The notes beneath the pieces were generated by a model, which made no database searches, was not told where the DNA came from, and saw nothing but the letters and a program-made list of their open reading frames with translations. A stretch of 64,000 bases of DNA from Klebsormidium nitens (Eukaryota; Plantae; Klebsormidiophyceae): the NCBI GenBank assembly GCA_000708835.1, contig DF236976.1, positions 287,291 to 351,290 of the forward strand, read 5' to 3'. Each line of letters begins with the position of its first letter. The stretch's first letter is position 1. Of this stretch, positions 45,465 through 59,815 are shown piece by piece. The position numbers and the translations under genes were made by a program.

Positions 45465-48400
45465 TCATGGTACGGCCTTAGCCTTGCACACGGGGCACTC
45501 GTTCTTGGTAGCTAGCCACGACTTAATGCAGTCCGCATGGTAGCAATGCGTACAGGGCAGGATCCGGACGTCCTCGCTCTCCTCGTACTCCACCTGGCAG
45601 ACCACGCACTTGATTTCCTTCTCGTCCCCGGTGATTGGCGCCGCCCACTTGGTGATGGGAAGCTTCTCGACCACCGTCTCGGGGGAGAGCCCCACCGACA
45701 CGTTCCCAATGCGCTCCTCCAGCTCCAAGAGCTCCTGCAAACAGGAGATGAACGAGGGTTAAGATCTGGGTTAACATCCGGAGGTGGGACGAGGGTTAAT
45801 GTCCACATCCTTCTCCGGAGTTGGGGCAAGGGTTACGATCCGATTAAAAACTGGTTTTAGGACCGGGATGACGAGCGACACTGTTTTAGGCACACCCATG
45901 CCATAGGTCTCCAAAGCGTGTGGAGAAGCAGAAGGTTGACAAAGAGTAGTGCCAGAAGGTCCAAAGGGACAGGCTCATATCCATACAAGAAGTCCGCGAT
46001 GCAGAGAGACAAGACAAGCAACAGAGAATCCGCAAAGATCTCGTACAATCCGGTATGTCTGTTCCCCCAAGTCCGGCTCTCAACGTCGAAACCTCTCTTG
46101 CTCCTCCTTTGGTGTAAAGACGGACCAAATCACCTGCTCTCCGTTTTGTACAACGGACTTTCAAAACCACAGCTCTCTGATCAGCACTCCATTCGGAAAA
46201 GAGAAGCCGGCGCCCACCTCGTAAGTCATACGGTCCACGTCCACCCTCATCGCGTCCAGCTCCCGCCTCCGCCGGGCCGACATCCCTCCCCCAGACAGCG
46301 CAATCTGCAACCTGATCAGCTGATCCCCCGTCAAGTCCTGGAACTGCTCCGCCTCCTCCAGCGCGTTCAGCATCGCCAGCAGTGGCGTCGGCAACCCCCC
46401 CTCGCGTCCCGCCTCAAACATCCGCGCCCGGTGCCGGCGTGCGCGCGCGCGCCCTACCGCCGCCTCTCCGTCGTCTTCTCCCGCCTCCCGAAACAGCCCA
46501 GCCAGGCCCCCCCCGCCGGGAGCCGACTCCTCGGCCACTGCCGGCGTCCGGCGCGCCATTCCCGGCGCTCCCCCGGCCTCCGTTAAAAATTCCCGGAGGT
46601 TGCGGTAGACCGGCGGCCGCCCGAGCACGGCTTCAGTTTCGTTCCGGGGGGCCGGCGCGCCCGCAGGACCACCCCCCCTCCGCAGGCCAAACAGCCCTTC
46701 CCGTGCGCTCCTGTTGGCGTCCGTTGCCGGCGCCCCGGGCTGGCGCGCCGACGCGCCCTCGAGGGAGCCCAGCTCGCGCAGCCAGCTGCGCCCCCGCCGT
46801 CGAGCGGCTCTTTCCTCCCCCGCAATGCGCTCAGCCCCCGCAGGGGACTCAGTTGCCTGGGCCTCGAGGGCAGGAGCAGTTACACGAACAGCACCCCCCT
46901 CTTCGTCGAACAGCGAGAACCGCCGGCGGCGCAGCGCGCCCCCCCTGTCGGCGTTCTGCCGCTGCCCCCCCCCTGCTTCGTCCAGCGGGTTTTCGCCCCC
47001 CCCTTCCCAGAGGGGGTCATCCAGCCAGCCAAAACCGGGGTCGCTCGCGCGCCGAGGGGGGGACCGGTTCCGCCGCTCGGGCGCCAGCCCCCCAGCCTCG
47101 ACGTCCCACCAACCGGAGTCCATGTCCACCTGCTCCTCCCATGCGTCCCAGTCGTCGTACAACTCGCTCTGACGGGGGCCACGTGCGTGCCACGCGGGCG
47201 CCACGTGGCGTCTTCCGGTTGGCGGCGAGTCGCGCCGTTCGAGGCGCAGGGCTGTGCGCTCACGGTGCAAAACGGGACTGCCGTCTTCGAACCCGTCCTG
47301 GTAGGCCTCCCGGGGCCGTTCCCCGGGGGAGAGGCGCCGGAGCTGCCGCAAGGGATCCAGGCCGTCGAATAGCCCCGGGGAATATGGAGGAGGGACTCGG
47401 GGGCGTGGGGGGCCCTCGCGAGGTGACTGCTCGCCTGAAAAGAAGGATGCGGGGTTGCATTGGTGTATGCTCGTGCAAACCTTTGCCTTTAGACTGCTTT
47501 TACGGAAGCTGACAGAAGTGCAAAGCCTATTCAAAAGACAGAGGGAGGGTCCAAGAGAAGCGACAAGATCTTTCCCAAATGGAATCCAGATAATCGTGAG
47601 ACGCTAAGAGCCCAGGGTTATCCTACCCAACAAGCCGGAAGGGGCCACTCAACGCTTGCTTCTTGAAAGATTCCATAAAAGACGAGAAGAGAGAAAAGCT
47701 TGACTTAGGAAACAAAGCACGACATTCCGGCTTGACAAGACCCCATCACCTAAACGTCACCCAATGAAGCAGTTTTGAGGATGACTTTCTGAAGGCTCTA
47801 GATTCCAAAGGTCTTCCACTCACCTGGCTCTTTTGGCACTGGCAGAAGCGTGAACGGCATGCCCGGAGGCTCTGCGTGCGAGAACATCGCCCCTACTCCG
47901 TCGTCCACAAACGGGCGCCCGCCATCGCTGACCGGGGCCCTTTGCCGCCTGACCGCATTGTCACTCTCCCACCCCTCCCAAGAGCCCCTGTTTTGCAGCC
48001 ACGCAGGAGGGGGCCGGGCAGGCGGCCCAGGCCTTCGTTCAGCCCCCCTGGAAGACGCAGATCCGGTCTGGGGGGGAAGGCTCCCCCCCGGACCCCTCCT
48101 GTTGATTGAGAAGTGGTTTCGGGGGCCTGGGGGGGGCAGTCCAAAGTGCGGGACGGGGAGCGGGGGAGGGGGGGTATCGAGCGACGGGCCCAGAAGGCCT
48201 GGCATGAACTCGTCAGCTTCGTCTGAATCCGACAACAAAGACCGCCCCACTCGGGGAGATCTTTGCGCCCTGGGGGGGGGTGGGCTCGGCAGCAGCGGCG
48301 GGGGGGCGTCCGTATCCATCGCCGCCATAGGGTTCGCTTCAGCGGAACCCCTAGGGGAGGGGTTGAAGGAGAACGGCACGGAGAAAGGGTTCTCAACCGG

Positions 48401-50168
48401 CGGAGGGGGCGAGTCCATAGCAGAGGGCACTGCCCGAGGGGTCCTGGCTGGCTCGGTGGTTGCAGGGGGGCCGAAACCTGGGGGAGGGCTGAATGAGAAG
48501 GGGATCTCTCGGCTGGGGATCTCTTGGCTGGGGTGATCATCAACCCTGGGGGCGTCGGGTAAGTCGAGGTCTTCTGACAGGCGCCGTCGCTGGACCGGCC
48601 CGAAGCAGATCTCGTCCGACGAGTGCGAGTCGTTATCGCCGAGCTCGGAGTTGTCTTTGCTGAGCTGGCGCGAGCGGTCGAGCCACGAGCCCCAGTCGGA
48701 GCGGGGGGGTGCGAGAGGGGGGGTGCTGTTCTGGTGCTCTCCGGGCTTTTGAGCTGCATCTTCCTGCAAGGGCAACGAAAGAGGAAAATTAATGTCATTG
48801 CATCATTCCCTTTTGGTGCGCCCATGGCCTCCTGCAAGATTTTTCTGCCAGATCAAGCTCTTTTAACATGTGTTAGACAATCCTTTGATTGCCAGGGCAA
48901 CGTGACCGAACCTTCGGACGCCGTGACTCTGGACTCGTAGCAATGGAACTAGAGAAGGGAAAAGTAACCGCAAAGCTGAGAAGAGAACCTAGATCATTCT
49001 GCAGGTTGTGCTGAACACACGGATCTCAAAGAATCATTCGAACTTAGAAAGTCGGTTGACTGGTCAAAGCTGCATGCACATGCCCAGGTTAATACTTGTT
49101 GTCACATCCTCAACTTTAGTGCGGATGAATTGCACCAGCATATTGCAGCTGTGAGCAGAAAGCTAGGGTGCGTTGCCAAAACCTGGTGAGCAGAACCATG
49201 AAGCCCTCACGATACAGATCCTATTTCCTGCTTTACGGTGGCTGCCCTTTTCAAGGGTTCGCAGTTGCATTGCAATTCAAGTTGCATTAATGAGAACCCG
49301 GAAAAGTGCTAAGATCGATGGCCTACACTGGTTCATGTACTGCCAAACCTGATGACAGGTTAAGGAACACATCTTGTGCTTGCAAACTACCTCCAGGCAC
49401 ACAAACAGTGCTTTGAAAATTCAAAGAAGCTCTTAGCAAATATTTCAGCATAACTTCTCAAGCAGCAGATGGGCCTTGATCCGAGGATGACGGCATCCAA
49501 AACCAGGAGATATGGAAAGTTCTTGCGCAGCCAACAACATGCTCGACGAGCACAAAACGCTGCCACACCATTTGCCACATAATCCACTCCCGTGTGAACC
49601 CTACCTGTCGCCGCCAACTCTCCTGGCCTTCTCCTTGCAACCCCACGACAAGCGGCCACAACCCTCGGTTCTCTCCCCCGCCATGCTTTTCCCCCTTATT
49701 CGCACCATGACCGCCAGGATTGCCAAGTGGCGCTGAGCCCCGCCTGCTGCGTAGGTCGTTAAACCCCCTCTCCAGAACCATCGAACGCCCCTTGCGGCTC
49801 ATGTTCTCAGCGGGGGGGTACGCGTCATCTGGCGAGCGGGCCCTGGGGAACCCCCTGCTGCTTCCAAACCCTCGAGCGGGGGGGCTGAAGCGCGCTCCGC
49901 TGCGGATGACGACGTCCTCTCCGTTGCTGGGGTGCCGCTTCACACCCTTGCCACCGACGCCTCGGCCCCCAGGGCCAGCTCCTGTCCTCGTGAAAAACTC
50001 CCCCCATCTTTCAGGGGGGTCCTTGGGGCCCTGGCTGTGGGCCCCTGCCAAAGCGCCATCTTTGGATCCAGGAAGGCTCCTGGAATCCTGGACCGCTGAC
50101 TGTTCTGCTCCCTCTGGAGAGATGCTGCTGCTCTCGCTCTGGCCCAGAGAGGCGCTTAGGGGCTCCAT
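45465..50168 (-). CDS. RING-H2 E3 ubiquitin ligase (BIG BROTHER/MBR-like C-terminus), ~996 aa, mostly low-complexity. Proposed exons: 50168-49605, 48763-47824, 47434-46218, 45734-45465
   Basis: C-terminal DVDRMTYE|ELLELEERIGNVSVGL followed by C3H2C3 RING CVVC..PCTHCYHADC..W...NECPVC. Long G/P/R-rich ORFs join via GT-AG in phases 0, 1, 0. The first exon and its donor are less certain. Confidence 0.8.
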
Positions 50169-51995
50169 TGCACTGGCGATCCGCCAGCCAAATTTTTTGT
50201 TGGACCAAACTCCCCTACTTAGCAACTCAACTCTGCTAGTAGAATCTCACATCGACGGACCAAAATGCCCATCCTGCAAGAGCGAAGGTCATGATGATCA
50301 AAGATGGATCATGAAGCTCTGACGCAGCAATCTATGATCGTGACTGTGAGGCCAGGACGATCACAAAGATGACGGCAAGCAAGCCATTCTTCGACAGCGG
50401 AAGGTGAAGCTGGAAGCGCCGCCCCATCAGCTCACAACCAGACATGCAAATGGGAGGAATGCAAGGGACTGCACATGTGATAAACAGTTTGAAGGATTGC
50501 AGTCGAAACCAAAGAAGAGGAAGATAGGCAGAAAGCACAATGGAATCATGACCTCGATCATCTCAACTCCAATTAATAACATTCTCTCAATTCAAGATCA
50601 GCGGTCGAAGCTCAGCTTCTTCCAAAAACTCCATGCACAGGATTCATTATGCTAGGGTTGTAGTTTCTTGCGGTATCAGGAGTACCAATCCTGCCAATTC
50701 TGTCAACCAAAGGAGGAAATGACCACTATTAGTTTCATTACAACAGCAGGAATATCAACTTGAATCTCTTGCTGCCTGGCAAAAACTCACCTCTGCCTTG
50801 CACAAAACATCAAGAGGGCGCAAACTCGGCTAAATCATGTCCGAAAGACGTCAGAAGCTCGCAAGCAGCAACTCAGGAAGCCAGAACCAGCAGCATGTTG
50901 AGACTCAGAAGCTCAAGAGTTCCTACAACTACGACCAAACCCCGTTTGCAGTCTGCAGATTACACAAAATGAGCAATGCTGACAAAGTGGTCATCAAACC
51001 GGAAGCAGAAGTGAAGTACATGAGCATGTCAGTCAGCATAGCAGAGAAACTTGCCGCAGGCAACCGCGTGAGAATGGCGTCCTTGCAGTAATAGCATGTC
51101 AAGAAGCAAACCCTTGGACGAGTCAACTCGACAAGACAAGCCCGATATTGGACTGGGTGCAAAGCATCAGGCAGAAAGCTCGGCCACACTTCCTTAACAC
51201 TTCCATCAAGCGGGTCGCGCCTCAAGAAAGGCAACCTCCTCACCGTTTGATATTCACGAAACCGCCAGCCTTCAAAACGCCGGGATCTGCAGGTTCATAC
51301 CTTGTTATTTGCAAGTTATTGCACAGAATTGCTCAAGCATGTAGGGACGGGGACGAAGCTTCGTCTTGTATGACCCCGCCACTTCTTCTGTTGAGCGCCC
51401 TCCTCTTCCCGTTCCTTGCTGAAGATGAGGCGTCCGAAGGGGAGCTTTGAGGGGGTTGCCCAGTCAGAACGCCCAGAATGTCAGCCATCTGTTTCGACAC
51501 ATCAGCAGGGGGAACTCGCACCGCAAATAAGAATCCGCCGACCTTCTTCTCAATGAGCAGTGTACACAATCTCCCACGCTGGCCTGGTTTGTGCGCTTGG
51601 TAGGACTTCGCTCGTCACTTGAGAACAAGTATCCAATCTTGAGTTTAGGGTTTCACCAAGCGTGCGGGCGTATTCACATCATGGTCTAAGATGATCTTGC
51701 TGACCTCTTCCAGACAGCTAAGCACGAGCAGTGTGAAAAGATGACCCTCATGTTGCTAGCATAGTAGCAATAATTCTTACAGGCTATCATGCATGCCACC
51801 TGTCACATTCCACCAATTATGGCTGCGGCCCCTGGAAATATTATGGTGGTGGAGGGCAGGTTCAGCATGGCCGCATTGCAGCAGAAGCACACACCTTGTA
51901 AACAGCATTGCATTAAGATGATGACGTCCTGAAAGGGACATACGGCGAAATCAGCGGAAGGAAACCCCGCTCCGGTCGGGGGCTTTGATGGAAGT

Positions 51996-54900
51996 ATGGT
52001 GAGACAGATGGCTCCTAAGAAAGTCAAGCAGCGGGGGCAGACCGCATGGAAGACATCCACAAGCACCAAAGCAAGGAGGAAGTGTGTGGCACTTTTTAGT
52101 TGCCTTGCTCTTCTTCTGTGTTACTGTCCTTTCGAAGCCGGGGCAGCTCGTGAATTCGCTGCCGCGCAGTCGCGGCTGAAGAGGAATGTCACTAGCACTC
52201 AGCCGTTCTTAGTGCCCCTGCCCAAGGAGTACACTCGTGGCACAGAGATCATCGTTGTGAGCCCCTTGCTCCAGTTCTCCAGCAACTTTCCAGAGTCCCG
52301 AGTGCTGCGGACAGCGTTTGATGCTTTCCATCCGCTGATCTTTGTGCATCCAATAAGGCCAGCAACCGACCCCACGCTGCAAGTGCTCCTCGAGGTGGAG
52401 GTCTCGGTGCTGAGCAGGAACGAGGAGGTGAGGCTTCCAAGAGTGGTTGCTCTCAACGCTGTGATCACATAGCAGTTGCTGTTTCTTTGGAAAGTCCAGT
52501 GTGTTTGTATCGATCAGCTCTGATCATGGTTGGCAATTGCACTCTGTTTTGGTGCCAGAATTGATGAAGTTTCTTACTATGCTGTAAGGATCTTCCCCCA
52601 TTTTTATCGAGTACTTTTGCCACCTTTAGAGGAGTGCGAGCAGCTTTAGGAGCACAATGTATTTGATGACCAGGGAGAGTTTAGAGGGGTGGTGATTAAT
52701 GAGATAATCTCTGAGAGTACAAAGAAGTTGTGCGTCTCTCAAGGATCTCAGCAAGTGTTGTGCGTGTTGGTTTTACTCGCATACTCCCAGGGCTTTTTGG
52801 TTGTATTTAGTGAGAGATTCTCATGTCAGAAAACCAATCACAGATATGTCCCCCGACGAACCCATCTTGTTATACTTCATGAGCTCTGTGTCTGATGCTT
52901 TTGATCATCAGAGCTCTTCCTTCCCCCCTGCTGCTTCAAGTTCATACCACTCTCTACGATTGTAGTAGAATGGAGATTTGACTGCCTGGAATGCTATCTG
53001 GTCTTAGCACATTGCATCGCCTCCTTGTGCAGCTCCAATTTGGCGTTGATGAGTCATATGAGATAGAAGTGCCGGCTGACGGGTCAAAAGCTATCATCAG
53101 AGTAAGGGTCTCTTCATCTGTATTATATCCTGATGATGTACATTCCACATCTTTGCACAGAGTTGCAGCTTCGTAAATCCAATTTGGAGGCTGGGAAATC
53201 CAATCTTCTACTGATCTGCTGCAGACGGAAAAAAGTTGCGTGCTAGATCTTGCATGCATACACTCTTCAAAGATAAAAGAATAAAAAGGTTTTGGCCCCA
53301 TATCCAATCTTCTTCCCCAACTTCAGCAAGGACTGCTACAAGCCAACACTTTTCTTCATCTCAAAACACTGCCTTCAATTGAAGTCTCCCCTTCATACAG
53401 GGCAAAACAGTCTTTGGGGCTCGCCATGGTATTGAGGTACGCGATCGTTCACAGACCAAGGTTGCATCACTTTCTCAATGTTTCTGTGCCTCATCTCGTC
53501 TTGCTTGTCCAGATCAAAAATGTCTTAGTTCGATAAGCTCCTCTTGGGTGCATTCCAGAGCACGGGTTACTCTCATGGCACACGAGTGACGGCCTTCTAT
53601 TCAGCGTGTGCACAAACACTGCTTTACCAGATCTCCTTTTCTTGGTGGGGACACTCTACAAAGGCAAAGGTTTCACATTTTCAGGTGTAAATGACACGCG
53701 GCCTGAAACATGACGTTGGTGACCGGTTTGCTTTCGATGTTGACCTTCAAGCATTCATACTCTTGCAAATCTCCTGTTAAGGCCGATAAAGTGATTGCTT
53801 TGGAAACTTCACTTTTGAAGTTCGATCGAAAATAACCCCAGCTTCGTCCTTGTGCAGACTTTCAGCCAGTTGTGCGTGTACGATTACGGCCTCCGGGCAG
53901 TCAAAATCGAAAACGCTCCGTGGCGGATCTTCGACGAACCACGCTTCCCACACCGGGGCATTTTGATAGGTACGGCTACTTCCATTCTTTGGTGCGACAT
54001 ATCTGTTCTGCATGAGGATCCTGGCGGAATTTGTTGTTGTGACGGGACATTGACTTCTCTCAAGTTGTGTGTTCGGTGTTGATGTCTTGTTGCAGATGTG
54101 GCGGAATACCAGTCTCCTTTCAAGAGGACTAACTCTGAAAAAATGCCTTTGCAGATACTGCCCGGCACTGGCAGCCAGTCAAGGTGCTGAAGGCCCTGAT
54201 AGATTCCTTCTCCTACGCGAAGATTGTAAGTGAGCTACTCCGTTATGAATATTCGATCAGCTCTCTGGTCTTAGACACGTGTCTGTGTTGAGGCAAATGC
54301 AATTTGAGATTCATATATTTGTGGAATGCTTGGCAAAGCGCAGGACTTGTTGCTTCCGATTGTGAAAGGTCGATGTCCGAGAGCACTCTCCGGGGCAAGA
54401 AACGCTTTCCAAGGTTGTTGCATTCGAACATCATATCTTCAGCCACAAGCCTCCTTTCCCCTATCTGACAGCATACTATTGCTTCGTCTAAGCTAAGGGC
54501 CTATGCGAGCTTTGAATCGCTCTTTATGCCATCGTGCTCTACTGTTAACTGTCTCGACAAAGACAAGTTTCCAGATATCCACCCCAAGCGGATATAAACG
54601 AGTTTGCGCTGTTCCCTGCTTTGCAGAACGTCATCCATTGGCATCTAGTGGACATGCAATCCTTTCCGATTGGTAAGCAACAACGGACTCTCTCTCCTCC
54701 CTTCTACTTTCATCCGAAGCTCAGGAATATGAGAATTCGTCCTCGGTGGGTGAAGACTGGATTCACATTGGACTCGAAGATATTGTCAACTTCAAGATTC
54801 CCTCTGCCTCTGATGAAGAAGTCGATTTGGGTGATTGAAATCCGGAGGCACGGCTTGGCTACGGATAAGCAAACTACTGAAAGCACGTTGATAGGAAAAG

Positions 54901-57900
54901 TAAGAGAGGGACCGAGTCTGAGGATTCCTAGAGGACTAAAGCGCAACAGAGCAAGAGGGATTGAAAGATCGTTCCGCACATCTCGTGCAGAGATCCCGTC
55001 TTTCCCAAGGCTGTGGGACGGAGCGTGGAGCGAATTCGAGCGGTACACCACACGCGACATGCAGGACATTGTAGAGTGAGTAGCGACGATGTTGCCGAGG
55101 CTCTTTAGAATCAGTATTGCGTTGCAGTGTTGTCTTGTGGGCCAGATTCATCGTCATGTCCTCAGTTTGACTTCGCAATCGATTGTTGTGCGTTCTTTAG
55201 CATGAGCAGCAATACTCGCTTCCCAGTGGATGCTGCACATTTATATCGGAATTGAATTCCAACGGAACGAAAGTAACAAGCATCTCAGAGCTTGAGTGCA
55301 TGGCACAAGTCTTTCTTTGACCGCGCTCGCAGAATTGCATCGAGTGATGAAGGGATTAGCAGATCTCGGATGCTGAACCGCGTCGGTCGCTCGCAGGTAT
55401 TCGCGGCTCCGCGGAATAAACATCATGCCCGAGATCGACGTCCCGGGTCATGCCGAGAGCTGGTAAGGCAGCCTTGCCGATCTCCACCCCCGGATCCACC
55501 GTCATTTGCCTTGCGCATTACCTTTTGGGCTCTGTGCGACTTCTCAAGCATCTGTTATCACTCTCGATCTTGAGAAGGGTAAAGGCCGTGAATGATAGCA
55601 ACAACACTAAGCTAAAAACCGAAACTCAACGTCCGCACCCGTACCACGCTAACCCCCTAGCTAACCCCACCCGTCTCACACCCTTCATGGCACCTTTAAC
55701 GAAATCGACCGGATGTATCTGTTATTCCCAGACTTAAGGGGACTACATTTCCAGACAGTCCATATAACAAGAATTGTTGCAGCAGAGGGTCTGCAACCGT
55801 GTGCTGACTGGACTGAAAGAAGGTGAAGTGAGAAAGACCTATGTGTTTCGTTCCAGGGGGGTGGGTTACCCCCAGCTGTGGCCCCACCCGGACTGCCGGC
55901 AACCGCTGGACATGAGCACTGATTTCACCTGGGAGGTCATCAGGGGGATCATCGATGGTGAGGCACGGCGAAGGTTGAAAGACAGATTTGATTCCGGGGT
56001 GCATTAAGAAGACATGAACAAAACTGCGGAACGACGAGGACAAAGAAACGGAGAAAAGCCTTGCTGAGCGCTGAAAGCCTTCAAAGTGCTGGCCGCTCCG
56101 AACCCGTTTCAACATGCAGCTACTCCGCGATTCATGCTCGCCCATGTCGCTTCTACCCTCACGTTCGTCCTCGAACCTCTGAATAGCTAGTCGGCAAAAC
56201 CCAGTCTACTCGCACATGTTACGCCGGCGTAAATTTCTTCCCCCCTTTCCCGGGTCTATTTTTCCTCGAGACACCAGTCTACGTTTTGTACAGGTAACGA
56301 ATCCTCCTCGCAATCTAATCTTGCGATTTGCAAACATGCTTGGTTGGTTCGACGCTCGTATCGGTGGGAACAGTGTCGCTGACGTCTTGCTTGCCCTGCA
56401 GACCTCCTCAAGATCTTTCCGTACAAGTACTTTCATGCGGGAGGGGACGAAGTAAACGTAGGTAAGCTTCGCACGGCGCGGCTTGGTCTGCCTTTCGCAG
56501 ATGGTGAAAACGAGATTCCTGCGCAGAAATTTGTGTGGACCTTCAGCGTTTTAGCGGAAAGCGGATTTGGATGGGCTTACAGGCTCTTTGTAGCTCGATC
56601 ACAGCTGTTCTGATGACCCAGTCTTGCAGGGTATTGTTTGGACCCTAACAAGATTCTAACCAGTTCCTGGTTTTGTTCTGCAGACTGCTGGTCGCAAGTG
56701 CCGCGGACGAAGCGTTGGTAAGCTCATCTTTCTGTCCTGGCGCAATCTTGGCTTGCCAGGATTTGAAAGATGGCACCCCTGGCTGAGTCCGTCGGAATGG
56801 TCAATGATTAGCTGCTTGTTCTCTACCAAAATCAGAGCAACGTTGGAACCCGGTTTCCTTTAATGTTCATCGAACTATACTGGAACCAGAACAAAGGATC
56901 TTGTCCACTGTAAGCAGACGAGACAGGTTAAAATGGTTGCAATCAGGAAGCGTCCAGATAACTGCCGCAAATCAGGCGCAGGGCCCTCTTTACACGAGTT
57001 CGTACTTTGACTCCAACTCAACTTCAAGATCGGGGCCTAGTCAGTTCGTCCTTCAGGGAGATTAGAGAGTCTCGCACGCTAGAAACTACGAGAAGACTAG
57101 GTTTCGAGGTCTTCAGGGTCTCATAATGAAAAGGCTTTTCCCTGCCGCAGGTTGGACGCCCACAATCGGACGGGGATGCAGGCGTATGCGGACTTCGTGG
57201 TCCGGACACAGGAGATGCTGCTGGAACGAGGGAGGGACCCCGTCAACTGGTGAGTCTGTTCCAAGAACTGCGTCGTTTGTTCCACTTAGAGGCAAAGCTG
57301 ATGCTGGCAACAGTTCTTACGCGTGATGTGTGCCACCGTTGAGGCCTTCAGCTACCGTCGTTACTTGTAAGACTGTTCCTATCAGGAGGATGGATGAAAG
57401 ACATTTGGCTTCAGTTGCGCACTGCTTTCGAAAAAGAGTAAGCAATGCGCCCATGTTACAAGATGGAGAGGTTTTCTACATCATCTTCATCTGTCAACTA
57501 CTGACGACAGATCTCGTTATCAGCTCTTCTCATCTGGCTCATACGGGCAGTCTCTTAGTTCCTTTCTCTCCACGATTGCGTGAAGTCTGACGTGTCGAGA
57601 GTCATTGATGAACCGGGTCCAGCTAATAGTACGTCGTGTGTCTGCGAAAGAAGGCAGCGTGCTCGAACGCGGTACAAAGCACAGAAGACTTCACAGATAT
57701 GCTCCGTAATTGACTTCTTCGTTTCCACCCTTGCAGGGAAGAGCCGTTTGACTCGTTCCCCGAGCGGCTTAATAAGAACGGGGTCGTCCACGTATGGTAA
57801 GCCGCGTGTAGGTGTATGGTGCAACCCAAGGTGCTTCTCAACCGCCGAAAGTGAGGTTGGACCGGAAAAAGCCTGTGCTTCCAGGGTAGACCAGCGCGCC

Positions 57901-59815
57901 ACGTGGCTCTGTCTAAGACTCCAGTAATCAAAAAGTCAAATATCTGGTGACTAACCTGGGCAAAGCTGCTACTGTGATTTCGTAGTCGTCCTGGGCTTTA
58001 GACGAGCACCCTAAACGCACTACAAGCTGTTTGATCTTCCGGATGTGCCCAGCCGCCAGTCAATCATCGCTTGCCGCTCTTCAGTCTTGGCGGAACGGCT
58101 GCCAACATCTCTTTTTCCTCGTCATTCTCATCCTGGTTTTCAAAAGCCGGCTCCGTTCATCTACGTTTTTCTTGCTGTCGAGTTCGAATGCAGAGAGGCC
58201 GTCAAGCTACTCCATTCCCATGTAAACGTCCAGTCGAACCGATATATTTTTGGTTGCCATCGTCTCCTTGCAACCTCTATCCTAGTTTTCGTCCTCTGCA
58301 GGCTCGATAATCCGCAGACGATTAGTCAGGCGACCCAACACGGCTTCCCCGTGATTGTCGCCAACACGGCCGGCTCGTATCTGGATCATCTCGACATCGT
58401 ATGGCGGTCCATTTACATGAACGATCCCTACAAGTGAGCTTTTTGCCCCTGCTCTTCTTTTCCTCTTCTCCTCAACCGGGTCGGATACTGACGTTTTTCA
58501 AAGTCAAGGCTCCTTACGGATTTGGCTTTTCCTTGGCAAGGTTGTTCTTCTCGTGGTGATATACATGCTACTGTAGCACACGAACAGAGCCGATTGGGAG
58601 CAACTAGAGAAACAACGGTATCCATAGGCCGTTCACATTTCTTGTCAGAGCCGGCTGCAACGCTGTACCGTCAGATTGATGTCGAGCTCCTCTCTCCAGC
58701 ACTGTTTAGATACTGCTTTCGATTAGCTTGCCAGACTGTCCCCGAGCTTGTCTCCACCCCCGACCTGACCTGCTCGCCTGGGTCTTGTACACGTTCCGTG
58801 TGCTGATAGCATCTCTCGCCGTTCAATCGGGCCCAACGCGGCTGAGCTTTTTATGGTTCTTCTCGGATCGGTCGAAGTCAGCAAGTCCTGAATGAGAACC
58901 TGTTGGTTATGCTCAATGAATATTCATGAGCTGGTTCGCATCTCACCTTCTGCAGGGGGATCAAGCGCGAGGCGCAGCGGCGCCTGGTGATCGGGGGGGA
59001 GAACTGCATGTGGGGCGAGGACATTGACGCGTCCGACCTGGAACAGACCATCTGGCCCAGGGCCGCCGCGTTCGCGGGTGAGCGCCGTGCACACTCTCTC
59101 GCAAACTCTTTGCGTGTAAATGCGCAGATCCTTGCACTGGTTTCGAACGGCGTCTTCCAGTCGACCTGTATGTGATTGTTCCGAACGAAAAGACCCTTCA
59201 GAGTTGGAGTATAGTGAGAGGTACCTATCGTTGCTGTTACGGTCGTGGAAAGCGGATTGAAATCTGAGAAAACATGGTCTAGCCTTTTTCCTAGAAGCTC
59301 TGAGTTGGGCTTAGGCAGCGCTGCCCAACTCTTCCTTTGCGAAGGAATTGTAGCTCGATCCAGAGATGCTTCTCACAGCGGTCCATCTGACGCCCTACTG
59401 AAAGGCCAGGGCATGAGCGAAGGCTCTGCAAAGACAAAGTGGAGGTTTCGGAAGAAGCGGTGTGACTTGTGTTCGGTAGAGCACGACCAGAGCTCAGTCT
59501 TTCTTGCAGCGGGATACAGATCAGCGTGGCGTAGACTTTGCCGACCTGGACACGTCTTTTTGTCCTCCTCGCTCCTATGACGCAATGCACGAACAAGTGC
59601 GCACCGTAACATCCTCGTTTTGTTGCCACGTGGCAGAGCGTTATTGGAGCCCGGTGAACCACACAGAAGGCTACCAAAACGTGGAGCGCTTCCTGCCGCG
59701 GTACCACTACTTCCGGTGCCTGCTGAACCAGCGAGGGGTGCGGGCGGCACCGGCGGCGAACCACCTGGCGCGGAAGAATCCGGACGGGCCAGGAAGCTGC
59801 TACGAGCAACGATAG
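51996..59815 (+). CDS. HEXO: Beta-N-acetylhexosaminidase (GH20, plant HEXO1/3-like), ~567 aa. Exons: 51996-52427, 53033-53101, 53401-53436, 53858-53969, 54155-54225, 54627-54672, 54991-55075, 55397-55462, 55857-55957, 56402-56461, 56684-56717, 57151-57249, 57737-57796, 58302-58433, 58956-59077, 59637-59815
   Basis: GVDESYEI, DEPRFPHRGILIDTARH, NVIHWHLVD.QSFP, GINIMPEIDVPGHAESWG, catalytic FHAGGDEV, VNWEE, LVIGGENCMWGE, IWPRAAAFAERYWS. N-terminal signal/anchor. Summed exons are 1704 nt, in frame. The start could be ATG 52008. Confidence 0.94.

Noticed and set aside
50760-51570. Short ORFs between the RING and HEXO genes
   Set aside because: No family motifs, and I could not link them by splice sites into a consistent gene.
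54090-54150. Alternative acceptor TGCAG|ATGTGGCGG upstream of HEXO exon 5
   Set aside because: The downstream acceptor at 54154 gives the conserved DTARH motif, whereas this one inserts unrelated residues and no true exon copy is present.
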